A stretch of 63,804 nucleotides of DNA, the filler included, from Octopus bimaculoides (Eukaryota): NCBI RefSeq assembly GCF_001194135.2. It is 10 parts of 9 records of this genome, joined end to end, with 100 filler letters (N's around TTAATTAATTAA, not from the genome) between each part and the next. Parts side by side here need not be neighbours in the genome. Positions count along the whole stretch, not along the records: positions 1 to 17,350 come from NC_068982.1; positions 17,451 to 34,675 come from NC_068982.1; 8 more parts are not named here. One strand, 5' to 3'. The position numbers and the translations under genes were made by a program. This document shows, piece by piece, positions 12,724 to 24,240 of the stretch (the stretch's first letter is position 1; each line of letters begins with the position of its first letter). Below the pieces are notes generated by a model that was not told the DNA's origin, made no database searches, and saw only the letters and a program-made list of their open reading frames with translations.

Positions 12724-12775
<52 letters not shown>

Positions 12776-13238
12776 GATAGATAGAGAGAGAGAGAGGGGG
12801 AGAGAGAGAGATAAACTTGAAAATTGATGCGTGGCATTCAATCATACAGACTGAAAGAGAAGAAAGATGATTACGTGGGGAAAAGAAAGATGGACGATGG
12901 TCACGTGTGAGCAACGAGAGAAAGAGAGAGAGAGAGTATATGAGGAAGGGGGAGAGAAAGAAAGAGGGGTAGAAAACGGTGAAAGAGTGAAAAAGAATTA
13001 GAGAGAGGATGAGAAAGAAAACGAAAAGGGGTAGAAGGGGAGAAAATATAATTAGAGAAAGGAAGCGAGAGAAAACGAAAGTGGGAAAGAGAACAGTACA
13101 GGGTAGAGTCGCATCAAAATTATTAAGATGAACTTATTTGGAAATGGATGCGTGACGTTTGTCTTTGTCTTTCATGTTGTTTTCGTATTTCATGTTATTT
13201 ACGTTTTGTGACGTTTTGTACCCATATATGCATATATA

Positions 13239-13362
13239 CGAGGGGTGTATGAAAAGTATTGAGCCTCACAAAAAAGAAAACATGGTACAAGACTTCTGAT
13301 GAAGGTACAAGACTTCAAGGCACAGAGGTCTTGAAGGCTCAATACTTTTCATACACCTCTCG
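13239..13362. mobile_element. Mariner-type MITE, 124 bp, 28-bp TIRs, TA target duplication
   Basis: TA|CGAGGGGTGTATGAAAAGTATTGAGCCT ... AGGCTCAATACTTTTCATACACCTCTCG|TA, with one mismatch between TIRs. Confidence 0.9.
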
Positions 13363-13805
13363 TATATACATATATATGTTTGTATGTATGCATATATATG
13401 TTTTATATATATTATTATATATATGCGTGTGTTTGTGTGTGTATGTGCGTGTGAGCATTTGCGCGCGCGCCTCTGTGTGTGAGTGAGTGTCTGTGAGGGT
13501 ATCTTTGTGTTTGTATACCCAAACACAAAACACAAAACACGCGAAAACACGCACACACATACACACAAAACTATAATGTGTGGTACCAGAAATATGAAAT
13601 AACGCAGTGGATTCCGAACATGTGTTCTCAAGTGTACAAAATGCGATGACCTGAGACCCGTCATTACTATTAGTGGCCCCGTAAAACGGATTAATTCTCT
13701 GTCAGACCTCTTGCGACAAAAAAGCATAAGAATTACATTTAATCTTCCCAGCTTCAAATTGAGCTTATTCAGCATATATTTACTTGCTATTATTTATAGC
13801 TTTAA

Positions 13806-13856
13806 AGGTGGCAAGCTGGCAGAATCGTTAGCACACTGGACGAAATGCTTTGCGGT
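13806..13856 (+). mobile_element. 5' head of tRNA-derived SINE family B, truncated by a gap
   Basis: GGTGGCAAGCTGGCAGAATCGTTAGCACACTGGACGAAATGCTT matches 55378-55425. Confidence 0.75.
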
Positions 13857-14139
13857 NNNNNNNNNNNNNNNNNNNNNNNNNNNNNNNNNNNNNNNNNNNN
13901 NNNNNNNNNNNNNNNNNNNNNNNNNNNNNNNNNNNNNNNNNNNNNNNNNNNNNNNNNNNNNNNNNNNNNNNNNNNNNNNNNNNNNNNNNNNNNNNNNNNN
14001 NNNNNNNNNNNNNNNNNNNNNNNNNNNNNNNNNNNNNNNNNNNNNNNNNNNNNNNNNNNNNNNNNNNNNNNNNNNNNNNNNNNNNNNNNNNNNNNNNNNN
14101 NNNNNNNNNNNNNNNNNNNNNNNNNNNNNNNNNNNNNNN

Positions 14140-14182
<43 letters not shown>

Positions 14183-14934
14183 CAAATGATATATGAGCAT
14201 ATGCATGTATACATACATATATGTACATACCTACATATACATGAATACCACCCTTGTTTGGGTTTTTTCTGCCTCTCTTCAGTACTGGACACTTCGAACA
14301 GAACAACTATGTTGAAGTGGCTACGAACATTACTTTCTAGTACAACTACTGCGATCATCTCTTGGGGGAGGTTTTAGAACTAGCCTTTTAACGTTTTGCA
14401 AAATCAACGTTTTGCAAAATCGGCCGAGTGAAAAGGGACAATCCTTACCCTTTCTTCCTCTCTGTCAACAGAACGCACAGACTACACACTACCAACTGCC
14501 AACGAGCCACCAATACATTATTACTATGTATATTTTACTAACCACTTTCGGCATATAAATTTGTGAATATTATTCTTTTCCTCTTCGATGTTGTTATTAC
14601 ACTGTTTCATCCTGCATTCGACTGTCTACATTTAACGTGCCGATGTGGAGCATGAAACGTTATTTCTACATCAAGTAACTTTCCATCTCTACGATACGAT
14701 TGGTACTACCGACGCGAGACCCTTACATCTGTACATAAATAACCACCGATGTACACACACATCTCTCCGTTACACTAGTGTTTGCATATTAATATCACTT
14801 TCTTTAATGCTGGAATCGTTAAAACGTTAACCACAAGTAATATATGACGTGGGAGAAAATTACTCTGTTCGTCTATGATTTATAATTTTCCTCAACTACA
14901 CGAAAAAAATAATGGATGAGATTTGGTTTTATTA

Positions 14935-16937
14935 TACGTCACAAATAAAGCATGGTATTTGTTTGCAGTTACATTTTGATAGCTGTTACAACTTTATAGT
15001 ACTTTTCACGTAGATTTCGAATCTGGTTTCAGAACTTTTCTATCAGACATAGTTTTTGTGTGACAGAATAATTAAATGTACTATATTAATACAGAAATAA
15101 GGCTGACAGTTATGACTGGTCAACATAATTAACAAAAATTTGTGTCCCATAAAAAAAAGTAGGTGAAGGGCATTTTATCTACAGAATTCAAGTGTGTTTT
15201 CATATGTTTTCTACAAGTCATAGTTATTGCTGTGATAGCATATGTAAATTGTTAAACAATTGTATGTCATGAATTCAAAAATCAGGCTGCTATTACAAGT
15301 AAACTTACCTTTAAAACGTAGATTTTTCGACCGTATTTAGATTCTGGAACGTCCCTTTTTAGTGACCAACAGTAATCAGCCAACATAGAAGAGCTACACA
15401 CTCCTTGGTACCGGATTTCCATGTTCAGAATGTCCTGGTGAAACCTATTACTGTGCTCGTCACTGACAGCCCCAAGATTTGCAGGGAAAACTCCAAGTGA
15501 GAGTTCAAGAAGTGGATTTTTAGGCTCATATTGCATCTTACGGCCTTGTGGGATGCCAGTAGCTCTTTCACAATGTCAGAATAGTTCTCTACTCTGTGAT
15601 TCTCCAAAATATCTCTGCAACCTTTCTTAAATGACAACCACACAGCTTTTTCAACATCATTGAGCTCTTCATCAAGCTTTTGGGTTCTCATCACCTCCCT
15701 AATCTCTGGCCCAACAAACATACCTTCCTTGATTTTTGTGTCACTTACTCTTGGAAATTTTGTTTTGAAATGCGTGAATTCCTTGCCAATTCTGCCAAAA
15801 CCTTTGACAAAATTCATCAACCCTAGCTTAATATGCAAAGGAGGCTGATACATTTTCTCAGAATCAGCAAGGGGAGGATTGATTACATTATTCTGTCCAG
15901 GAGTCAGAAATCGTTTCGGTCACACATTCTTTTCATAATGATTTTTCTTATCCCGACTGTCTCACTCACAGAGAAAGCAACAAAACTTGGGGTAACCCAG
16001 CTGCATTCCGATTAAAAGTGCCACAACCTTTAGGTCACCACAAATATTCCACTTTTGTTCTTCATGCTTAATTTTTTGCAACATAAACTTCATACTCTCA
16101 TATGTTGCATGGGCCAGAGGAACAAAAGGAAACTTATTTCCATTGTGAAGTAAAACTGCTTTCAAGCTTACTTTTGAGGAGTCAATAAACAAACGCCACT
16201 CATTCGTGCTATATTTGTGATTAAGTTCCTTCATAACACACTATAAATCATTACCCTTACAAAACACCTTACCATCCTTAAGTGAGTAAAAATTTGCAAA
16301 ATCACAATGCCGAGCACGATAAAAACTGACTTTGGTCTCTCTCTGGAGAAGATTCCAGCACTTTAGCATGAAACAAAGAAGTTTAGCTTGATTTTTCGAC
16401 AAGTATTAATCACGGACAAGACCATTCAGATCTCCCTGACTCAGCAAATGTACAAATGTAGTTCACTTGAATAACAGTTAGGCTCAAAATGAATGTCTTC
16501 TGTTTCTTTTCCACATCTTCATCACTTGACTCGTCGTCACTAAGTATCATTTGTTTTGGAGGGTAGAGTACAGGTAAGTGTTGACTGTGAAATACTGGTC
16601 TCATAGCAGATTGTAAATTAGGATATTTTACAGTATGCTTGGATTTCGATGTTATACCTTGTATATTCGTCCTACAGAAGTTGCAACCTGTAGTGTGATC
16701 TTTGTGCTCTCTCCAAATCCTAGTTTTATCCTGGTTGCCCACTTTGTAGTCAAAATAATGCTCATATCACTTTTTAATTAATGGCATGAAACGCCGCCCT
16801 TGTGACTTGAATGTTAAGTTACCGCAAATGTAGCAAAGGTTGTTTGCGATGTTTATACAGTTTCTTGGCATTATGAAGGTGAATGGAATGTGAACTTAGT
16901 ACATAACCGCACGCTTGCACTTCTTTGTTGACCAGTG
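14935..16937 (-). mobile_element. Chapaev3-like (CMC superfamily) DNA transposon with near full-length disrupted transposase
   Basis: MPRNCINIANNLCYICGNLTF..; REHKDHTTGCNFC..KYPNLQSAMRPV; EWRLFIDSSKVSLKAVLLHNGN..ICGDLKVVALL..GYPKFCCFLCE; PPLHIKLGLMNFVK; MSLKIHFLNSHL; NLGAVSDEHSNRFHQDI..YQG..MLADYCW. 5' terminus CACTGGTCAACAAAG at 16937. The left end is uncertain (a TIR-like GACTGGTCAACA occurs at 15114). Confidence 0.85.
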
Positions 16938-17350
16938 TTATTGGTCAAGATAATATTGGAGATATTGCTTTTTATGTAAATAGAATTGCTGAACGCTGTA
17001 TATTCACGGAGATATTAATTCTCTTATGTACAAAATCTTTCTCAACACGTTTCCACTTCAAAAAATGATGTTCTCTATGGTAGCTTATCTTATGCCCCAC
17101 CACATAATTTCCCTTAAGCATCCTCCTAGTTTTGTTTTAAACTGCATTATGAATAATTTTGAGGATAAACTGAAACCAACGTCATGATTCACCCTTTTCT
17201 TAGTCCATACACCATATAAGTTTCTTTTAACAAGTGTACACACATATATATATGTGTGTGTATGTGTGTGTGTCTGTGTGTGTGTGTGTTTGTGTGTGTA
17301 TGTATATATGTATATATATGTGTATATATATATGTATATGTATATATATA

Positions 17351-17450
17351 NNNNNNNNNNNNNNNNNNNNNNNNNNNNNNNNNNNNNNNNNNNNTTAATT
17401 AATTAANNNNNNNNNNNNNNNNNNNNNNNNNNNNNNNNNNNNNNNNNNNN
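17351..17450. other. Representative 100-bp placeholder gap with artificial TTAATTAATTAA (nine such gaps in the window)
   Basis: An identical 12-mer is centred in N-runs totalling 100 bp here and near 34720, 47650, 48935, 50545, 56460, 58795, 59985 and 62620. Confidence 0.95.
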
Positions 17451-17574
17451 TTTTGTGGCTATTTGTATTAGCTTCCCTTGCTTCTGGAGTAGGTATTTTT
17501 GCAGTCCTATGGTGGTTATTTTATAATAGTTTTCTAGCTGTATAAGACCCCTGCCACCTTCTGTGCGTTGTATA

Positions 17575-17602
17575 TATTATTATTATTATTATTATTATTA
17601 CT

Positions 17603-17664
<62 letters not shown>

Positions 17665-17676
17665 TATTATTATTAC

Positions 17677-17740
<64 letters not shown>
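17575..17740. repeat. (TTA)n microsatellite, ~55 units with CTA interruptions
   Basis: Read directly from the sequence. Confidence 0.95.
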
Positions 17741-17879
17741 TCTATTGCTATTGTTGTTCTCGCTGATGTTGTTTCTGTTGTTTTTCCTCTATCGATAGAT
17801 ATGGCACATCGCACCCGTAAGTTTGTTATTCTTTATATTTTTACACAGCTATATATTGAACTTTTGTTATCGTTATATA

Positions 17880-19575
17880 AAGAAACCAAGACCATAAGTA
17901 GCTGGTTAGTCTTTCTTCATCTGTAGACCTTACTGGCTAGACTGATGTTTGTTTGCTAAACGCACTCCTCAATTTTTGTTTAAAACAGAACCATGGCGGA
18001 CAAGGACTGTTCGTTCGCTGAAAACAGCAGCCATGTATCCGCAGAACAGCCAAATTGTAAGAGATAGTAACAGCAGCAGCACCAACAGCAGTAACAACAA
18101 CAATATCAAAAGCAACAACAGGAAAAATAAGCAGTAACAACATCAATATCAAAAGCACATGAAAAATATGAAAGTAACTTTCCAATGCTTTCAGCACCGC
18201 CATCACCATCTCAGGAACATGGAAAGCGATGAAAGGCAGCAAAAAGCAAGAATAATACTAGCGAGAATACTACGCCTTCACCATCATTGCAGTGGAATCC
18301 CCAACGCACCCAACATCATTAACGAAAGAAACATGAACAAGAAAAACGAACCATGCAAATCAGCCATCTGCAGTTTCGCAGACGCCACGCGGCAGAAAAG
18401 TGAAGAAATTTTCATAGAAGAAAATGAACATAAAAGGGCAAAATATGTGTTGGAAAAATGTGGGCGAAACGTAGGACTGAATGTTCCTAGATTTGTCCAG
18501 TAAGAATATAACTTATGGACAGTCCTATACAAAAAATTGGAACAAGAAGTAGAATAGAACAGGCAATACACTATCAAATAGAGAAATGTCTTCCACCGAT
18601 TTGGTAGAGCAAAACTTATATAGCCAGGGAAGGAAATATGGGACTGTCGAAGCGAGGCCTGTCTTAGAGGAAAAGACCAAAAAGCAGTCAACAAAATTAT
18701 CTCATCCTCATTTAACTTGGCCAAAAAGTGCGTAAAATAAGAATGTAGCATCAGAAATTAACATCTGCTGATGATCCCGGATTTCATAACTCTACCATGT
18801 GGCACGACGCTTCACGTGGCTGTTGAGAGGTGAAGGCCGAGATGTCATTCCTGCGAGGACACAAATGACCATTTTCTCACATCAAAGCAAAACAACACTG
18901 CTGCCGAAAGCATCACCAACACCCCTACCACCACCACTACCACCACCACCATAACAACAACAGCAACAACAATAGCTGCTGCTGCTGCTTCTGCTGCTCC
19001 TCCCCTNNNNNNNNNNNNNNNNNNNNNNNNNNNNNNNNNNNNNNNNNNNNNNNNNNNNNNNNNNNNNNNNNNNNNNNNNNNNNNNNNNNNNNNNNNNNNN
19101 NNNNNNNNNNNNNNNNNNNNNNNNCCTACTACTACTACTACTACTACTACCACTACTACTACTACAATGACAGCAACAGTAATATCAACAATAACTGCAA
19201 ACACAATAGCAACCGCACCAGCAGAGGCCGGTGGCCTTAACATCACCAACAGCAGGACCGAAACTAAAAACTGCCCAAACAGCAGCAACAACAATTTTTG
19301 CAACAGCCACAGCAGTAGAATCATGACCAATAACAACAACCGCATGAGAAACTCCCGCAACACCAAAAATAGTTACTTCAACAAAACACCATAAACCACC
19401 CCAAGACATACCCTTCCTCTCTTCGGATCACTCAGACATGTGTAATGAAATGGATTCTGTGGAATTTGAATGGCGGATATCAAGAACAGAAAGGAACAAA
19501 AACACACCAACACAACTGGCAAATACGAACAATTGAGGGAGATGACTTTGAGCAACATTACTCAAACACCACTTC
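17880..19575 (+). mobile_element. 5' UTR and decayed ORF1 (gag-like) of an L1/Tx1-like LINE
   Basis: MADKDCSF.. (~17994), MESDERQQKARIILARILRLHHH..SFADATRQ, then IPDFITLPCGTTLHVAVER*RPRCHSCEDTNDH (degenerate CCHC knuckle, ~18772-18880), followed by T/N-rich low complexity. Confidence 0.6.
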
Positions 19576-21320
19576 AACCTTCTGCATCTTAGTTCACACG
19601 TCATGCCTCTCGGAACGTCCAGCTTCCGTAGTCATGGCAGAAGAGTCACCACGTATATTCTAAATGATTCGTACATTCACTTTTACCAACGAACACATGT
19701 CTCTGTACGTTGCAGCGATCCAACCTCTGAAAACGGGACCGAAACCAGCCGACGCGAGGATAGCCACCAAGTACTGGTGGTCAACCTTATCAAAAGCTTT
19801 TGATTGATTCAAATTAATCAGAGTCCCACCCATACCAGGTTCCTTACCCATCGTCTATATAATGTGTGAGGTGGAGGTAGTCGCGGATATATATTTGTTT
19901 GGTATAGCGCATGTCTACGCTTCACCGACCAGCTTATCGACGACAATCGCCAACTATTTGGCTAACACCTTTGCCAAAATATTATAATCTGTGTTCAGCA
20001 GAGTTATGTGCCTAAAACTGCCATTTAGCTAGCCCATCTTGTTTTGGTCCTTTTTCAGCAGCATTACCACGCCAAGGCTCATAGCACTGGGAAATTTCCG
20101 GTTCTACTGCTAGTTGTGGTAGTCATCCGCCAAAAGATAACCGAAGAAGTGTGGAGTATGAAAATAAAGCTCGAAGGGTATTTCAACCCCGAAAACTTTC
20201 CTTCGTCCACCTAGTCATCGTGTCCCGTATGTCTTCAGCTGTGATTGGAATTTTGCAGAACACTGCCCACCTGACCTACAGGCACGTCATGCCGTTGAGG
20301 TAGAAAGTGGAATTGATCCCCATCTCCGACTCGCCGCGCGTTCCGTGGGTTCGGCACAATGCCACTGCAATTCTACATGAATATTTCTGGATTCGAGTAT
20401 CCTGTGCCGGTCCCAGACCATCAAAGCCCAAATTGTAGCTTCGTTGCTACGTTGCACTCCAGTCACCCGGGCCTATCGAACGGCTTTCTTGTCCTCTTTT
20501 CTTAGCGCACGCACCCTAGCTCTGACATCACAATTTTCGTGCTTAGCATAAAAGAATTGATCAAGAGTAAATCTCACTGCTGGCACGTTGGTCCCTACGC
20601 CACTCCTGAGCGCCTCTTCTAGCTTCCTAATGAGCTTTCCCACTATCCAAGAATAGTCTAACACTGTTTCTTCACTAAACACTGCGACCTCTTCTCTAAT
20701 AGCTATTTGTAGGGCTATCCACCACCGATTGTTGACCATTACACCTGACAACGTCCGATAGACTAACTTGCTAACTCGTTCTCTGAAGGCTTGACTCGCC
20801 ATGAAAGAAGCATTCGGCTTCCAGCAAACGAAGCCCTGTCTATGGACCCTATTTAGATCGACTGTACTGAACACAAAGTTTTGGTCTGTGTAACCGAAGA
20901 TTTTGAATCGTGGACAACTTATACTACTTCTATTTTCAGGCCTACAAAATACGCCCTGGCTCAGATAACTGGGAGTTCTCCAGTTCTGTTTGAGAGGGTA
21001 GGCTTCTACCAAGTATGCTCTTCGTAATTATCAAACATGGTCGTGAACGCTTATTTTCTAGAAATTTTGGTTTCAGGAATAGCTACTACATCTAAACCTA
21101 GCAATCTGGTGCTGAGCAAGCTATGTTGTTTTTAAGCTCACACCAAACGTCGACGATGTATGCTTCCTAATCTAAGTGAAACCATGTATATCAGATAATA
21201 ATATTGGGAGAAGCTGCTCACCTTGGTCTTTGAGAATAGTAATTAGACAGGTCCCTGCTTCAGAAAGTGTCTCTTAACTAGCTCTTCTAATAGATTCTTT
21301 TCACAAAAAGAGTGTATGGC
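19576..21320 (-). mobile_element. ORF1 end plus ORF2 (APE endonuclease and N-terminal RT) of an L1/Tx1-like LINE, decayed
   Basis: Minus frames: LLEELVKRHFLKQGPV*, then LGLDVVAIPETKI, IFGYTDQNFVF..CWKPNAS..NNRWWIAL, LINLNQSKAFDKVDHQYL..GFGPVFRGWIA, and YVVTLLP*LRKL. Stops near RT motif B. Confidence 0.85.
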
Positions 21321-23089
21321 TGTGTCTACCGACCTTGTAGTCTACACTCTTTTTCTGACTTCAGGTGTTTTGGGGAGGACTTACTCACCATGTTAGAATA
21401 TTCTCTTGAATCTCAATCACGTTTTTGCAATGGATATGGAAATAATTGCATGATATTTCCTTTTAGTATAAACTACCAGACAAATAATTTGAACAAAGGC
21501 TTGATCTCCATTAAAAATCCATTGATTAATTTAACGTTTTTGACTCAGTGAAACATGGTGCATTACACGCAATGCTCTATAAACTTTGTTGTCCTCATAT
21601 ATTCACAAATATATTCAAGTCCTCTAGTACTAACATGAGAGCCCGTGTTGTAATCTTTGGCGAGTGCACAGGCACGATTAAGTCAATAGTGGTCGTCTAA
21701 AACAAAGTAATATGAAAGAAATTACGTTATTTGTTTTATTTTTCACAATTTTAATTTCAATTGCTTCGAAAGAATTTGTATATACATACACACATAAATA
21801 TGTATATTTATGCATATATGTATGCAATCTATACCAGATGTATGCATAAATATATAGACATACATACATACATGCATGCATACGCCCACACCCACACGCA
21901 CCCCCCACACATACACAAACTATTGCTCTCTCAGTTACCCATACACTTCCGAAATGGAGACATATTTCTAAGTGTGAGGTGGTACTTTAGCGAATGTATG
22001 CATGTATGACTGCATGTACGTTTTTAACGAAACAAACAGGAAATAAAGAATAAATATTATTTTGATCGAATGATTCCTTTCTAATGTATTATCTTACACA
22101 TTTATTCTGTTATCTTTTATCTTAGAAATTTATTATCCCACACATTACTTTTTCTTGTAAATATTTCTAAATAAAGATTTAGAATATGAACAACAAAAAC
22201 AATTTTTGCGAATATAAGCAAAACGTATAATTTTCTGTAAAATCATTTCCTTCTATAAAATTTTGATATATGTAAGTGAAAAATCTTTACAAATATAAAT
22301 TTTTAAAAATATGTAAATTTTTTTACATATCAATATGGTTTTTGGTTATATTTTATGAATACATATGTGAATAAAGTAGTAAAAGTAATATTGTTTAATA
22401 TGAAATTATTAGAGTAATGTTCCGTCAAAATATTCTGATTCGTTTAACATTAAACATGGAGATTTAAATGCGAATTAATTTTCCATGAACAACTAATTTA
22501 ATTTTGCTCTACTAAATATAATTGTTTTTTAACGTTAGAAATAAACATTAACCTATGGCATTTGTTGCAAGCAGTTCATATATGTAGGATAATACGTTTA
22601 AGATTGTAGTTTAAGCTTGAGTAGTATCTCATAATTTGTGTAAATGTTTCTAGTTTATTTTAATTTAGAATCAATATTTATTAAGAAATAAATATCAGAA
22701 TCGAAAAGGAAATCTAGTTAGCGCCAATAAAATGCTTTCTAAGCAAATATCTCATAACTCTGTTTTCTTAAATTATATTTCGTGACCTGAACGGTAATGA
22801 GGACAATCGGTTTCGTTTCTGGAATCGTATTTGTAAACTTTTCAAACTGAAATACCATCCTAGCATTCTAGGAGCAATAGAGGACAGGTTACTGATTTCG
22901 TTTTTACAGATACCTCTGACACTATAATACAATGGAAAAACAAACAGTAGAGTACTATTTCATTAGGGGTTTCTTCAATAACCATTCTATTAGCGAATGT
23001 ATATGTAGGGTCCAGGGTATGGAAATCATGTTTCAAATCTGAGTCCCTAGGTACTATTCATTCTTTCCAGCAACAACCAGCTGGATAAA

Positions 23090-23403
23090 AAACAATACAG
23101 CAGGAGTAACAAATAGAAACCCCTCGAAGACAGAGGTCATGTTCCTCCACCAAATATGCTGCCTATATGTCTGTGCACACCTTTGAATGCAGTGTATGCC
23201 GGAAGGTTTGCAATTCTAACGGAGGCCTCAAAAGACATTTTAAGATCCACAAAGATCAGAACTTATCTGCAGCTCTTGGTGGTCCACATCAGATTTGCAC
23301 TCTATGTGGGTGTCTTTTCAGAACATTGTCTGGTTTAAAAAAACCACATCAGATGCCATGATTGTTTTAAGGTGTAGGTACAGGAGGTGGTCAAACTCTG
23401 CAT
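23090..23403 (+). mobile_element. 3' end of an RTE-like LINE encoding two C2H2-type fingers
   Basis: FECSVCRKVCNSNGGLKRHFKIH and QICTLCGCLFRTLSGLK(frameshift in A-run)HIRCH. Comparable to the terminal C..C..GL..H finger of the RTE at 39346-39430. No TGEKPY linkers. Confidence 0.55.
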
Positions 23404-23479
23404 NNNNNNNNNNNNNNNNNNNNNNNNNNNNNNNNNNNNNNNNNNNNNNNNNNNNNNNNNNNNNTATATATATATATAT

Positions 23480-24240
23480 GCTGTTATTCAGTTCTATTTC
23501 AAGATTTATTGCCAATAGAGAGAGACCAGGCATCTAACCTAGATCTGGCTCCTTTATTGGAATTTCTACAAGAGTATATGTGCAGCATTTGGAGTCACTG
23601 CATAGGCAGATTTGTATGTTTGTTTTTTATGTCGTTATGGTCATGCATAGAGTTTCAGGATTCTCTCATTCATATAGTTGAATGTCTAGACACGCGCATA
23701 TATACTCAAATGATAATCTTCTGGAAAGTTTTACAGATTTTTACAGTTCCAATGATGGCTCTAATCTGTAGTCGTCGAATCAACTATCTCCTTTCTGGTT
23801 TTGAGACGCCTAATTTCTCAAGTTTGTTAGTTAGGCAGTGTGTCACGTATCCCAGTGCGCCAATAATTACAGGTGTAAACCTGAACTTGTAATCTGGGTA
23901 CATTAGTTCAGTGAAGATATTTTCTTTTTCGCTGATATTTAGATTTATCTTAACACCCGCTGGGCAACTGATTTCCAAAATCACTATGTCAGGTATATTA
24001 CGTTTATATTAGTCCATCTGATTATGAGTAGCTATAGCTTCCAGCATGATGTTTGTCCTTATTTCTTTGGCCTCTGGTTTTTCCTTCCGACAGATCTCAT
24101 AATACAGTGTCGTAGCTATAACATCATGTCTCATCGGTAGATAATACCGTGTTGATATTTTCGGATAACTGCTTATGATGAGGATGATATCTCCACAAAG
24201 ACCTCATATTTTGGCCTTTTGCCTTCATCTCTGTCCATTT
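23480..24240 (-). mobile_element. 3' fragment of an R4/Dong-type RLE LINE
   Basis: YYLPMRHDVIA..LEISCPA..YPDYKFRFTPVIIGALGYVTHCL..KLIRRLQ..GTVKICKTF. Co-linear with 45120-45810. Confidence 0.8.

Noticed and set aside
13297-13330. CTGATGA inside the mariner MITE as a hammerhead
   Set aside because: No stem II followed by GAAA.
17395-17406. TTAATTAATTAA recurring nine times, like a regularly spaced repeat or CRISPR-type array
   Set aside because: It is always centred in a 100-bp N-run. It is an assembly spacer with stops in all six frames, not biology.
19445-19663. ORF starting MKWILWNLNGG, resembling an APE endonuclease start
   Set aside because: No downstream EN motifs. The true EN is on the minus strand at ~21190, so the resemblance is probably coincidental.
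23167-23361. Host C2H2 zinc-finger gene (a family expanded in octopus)
   Set aside because: Only two fingers, no TGEKPY linkers and a frameshift. It resembles the terminal finger of RTE LINEs.
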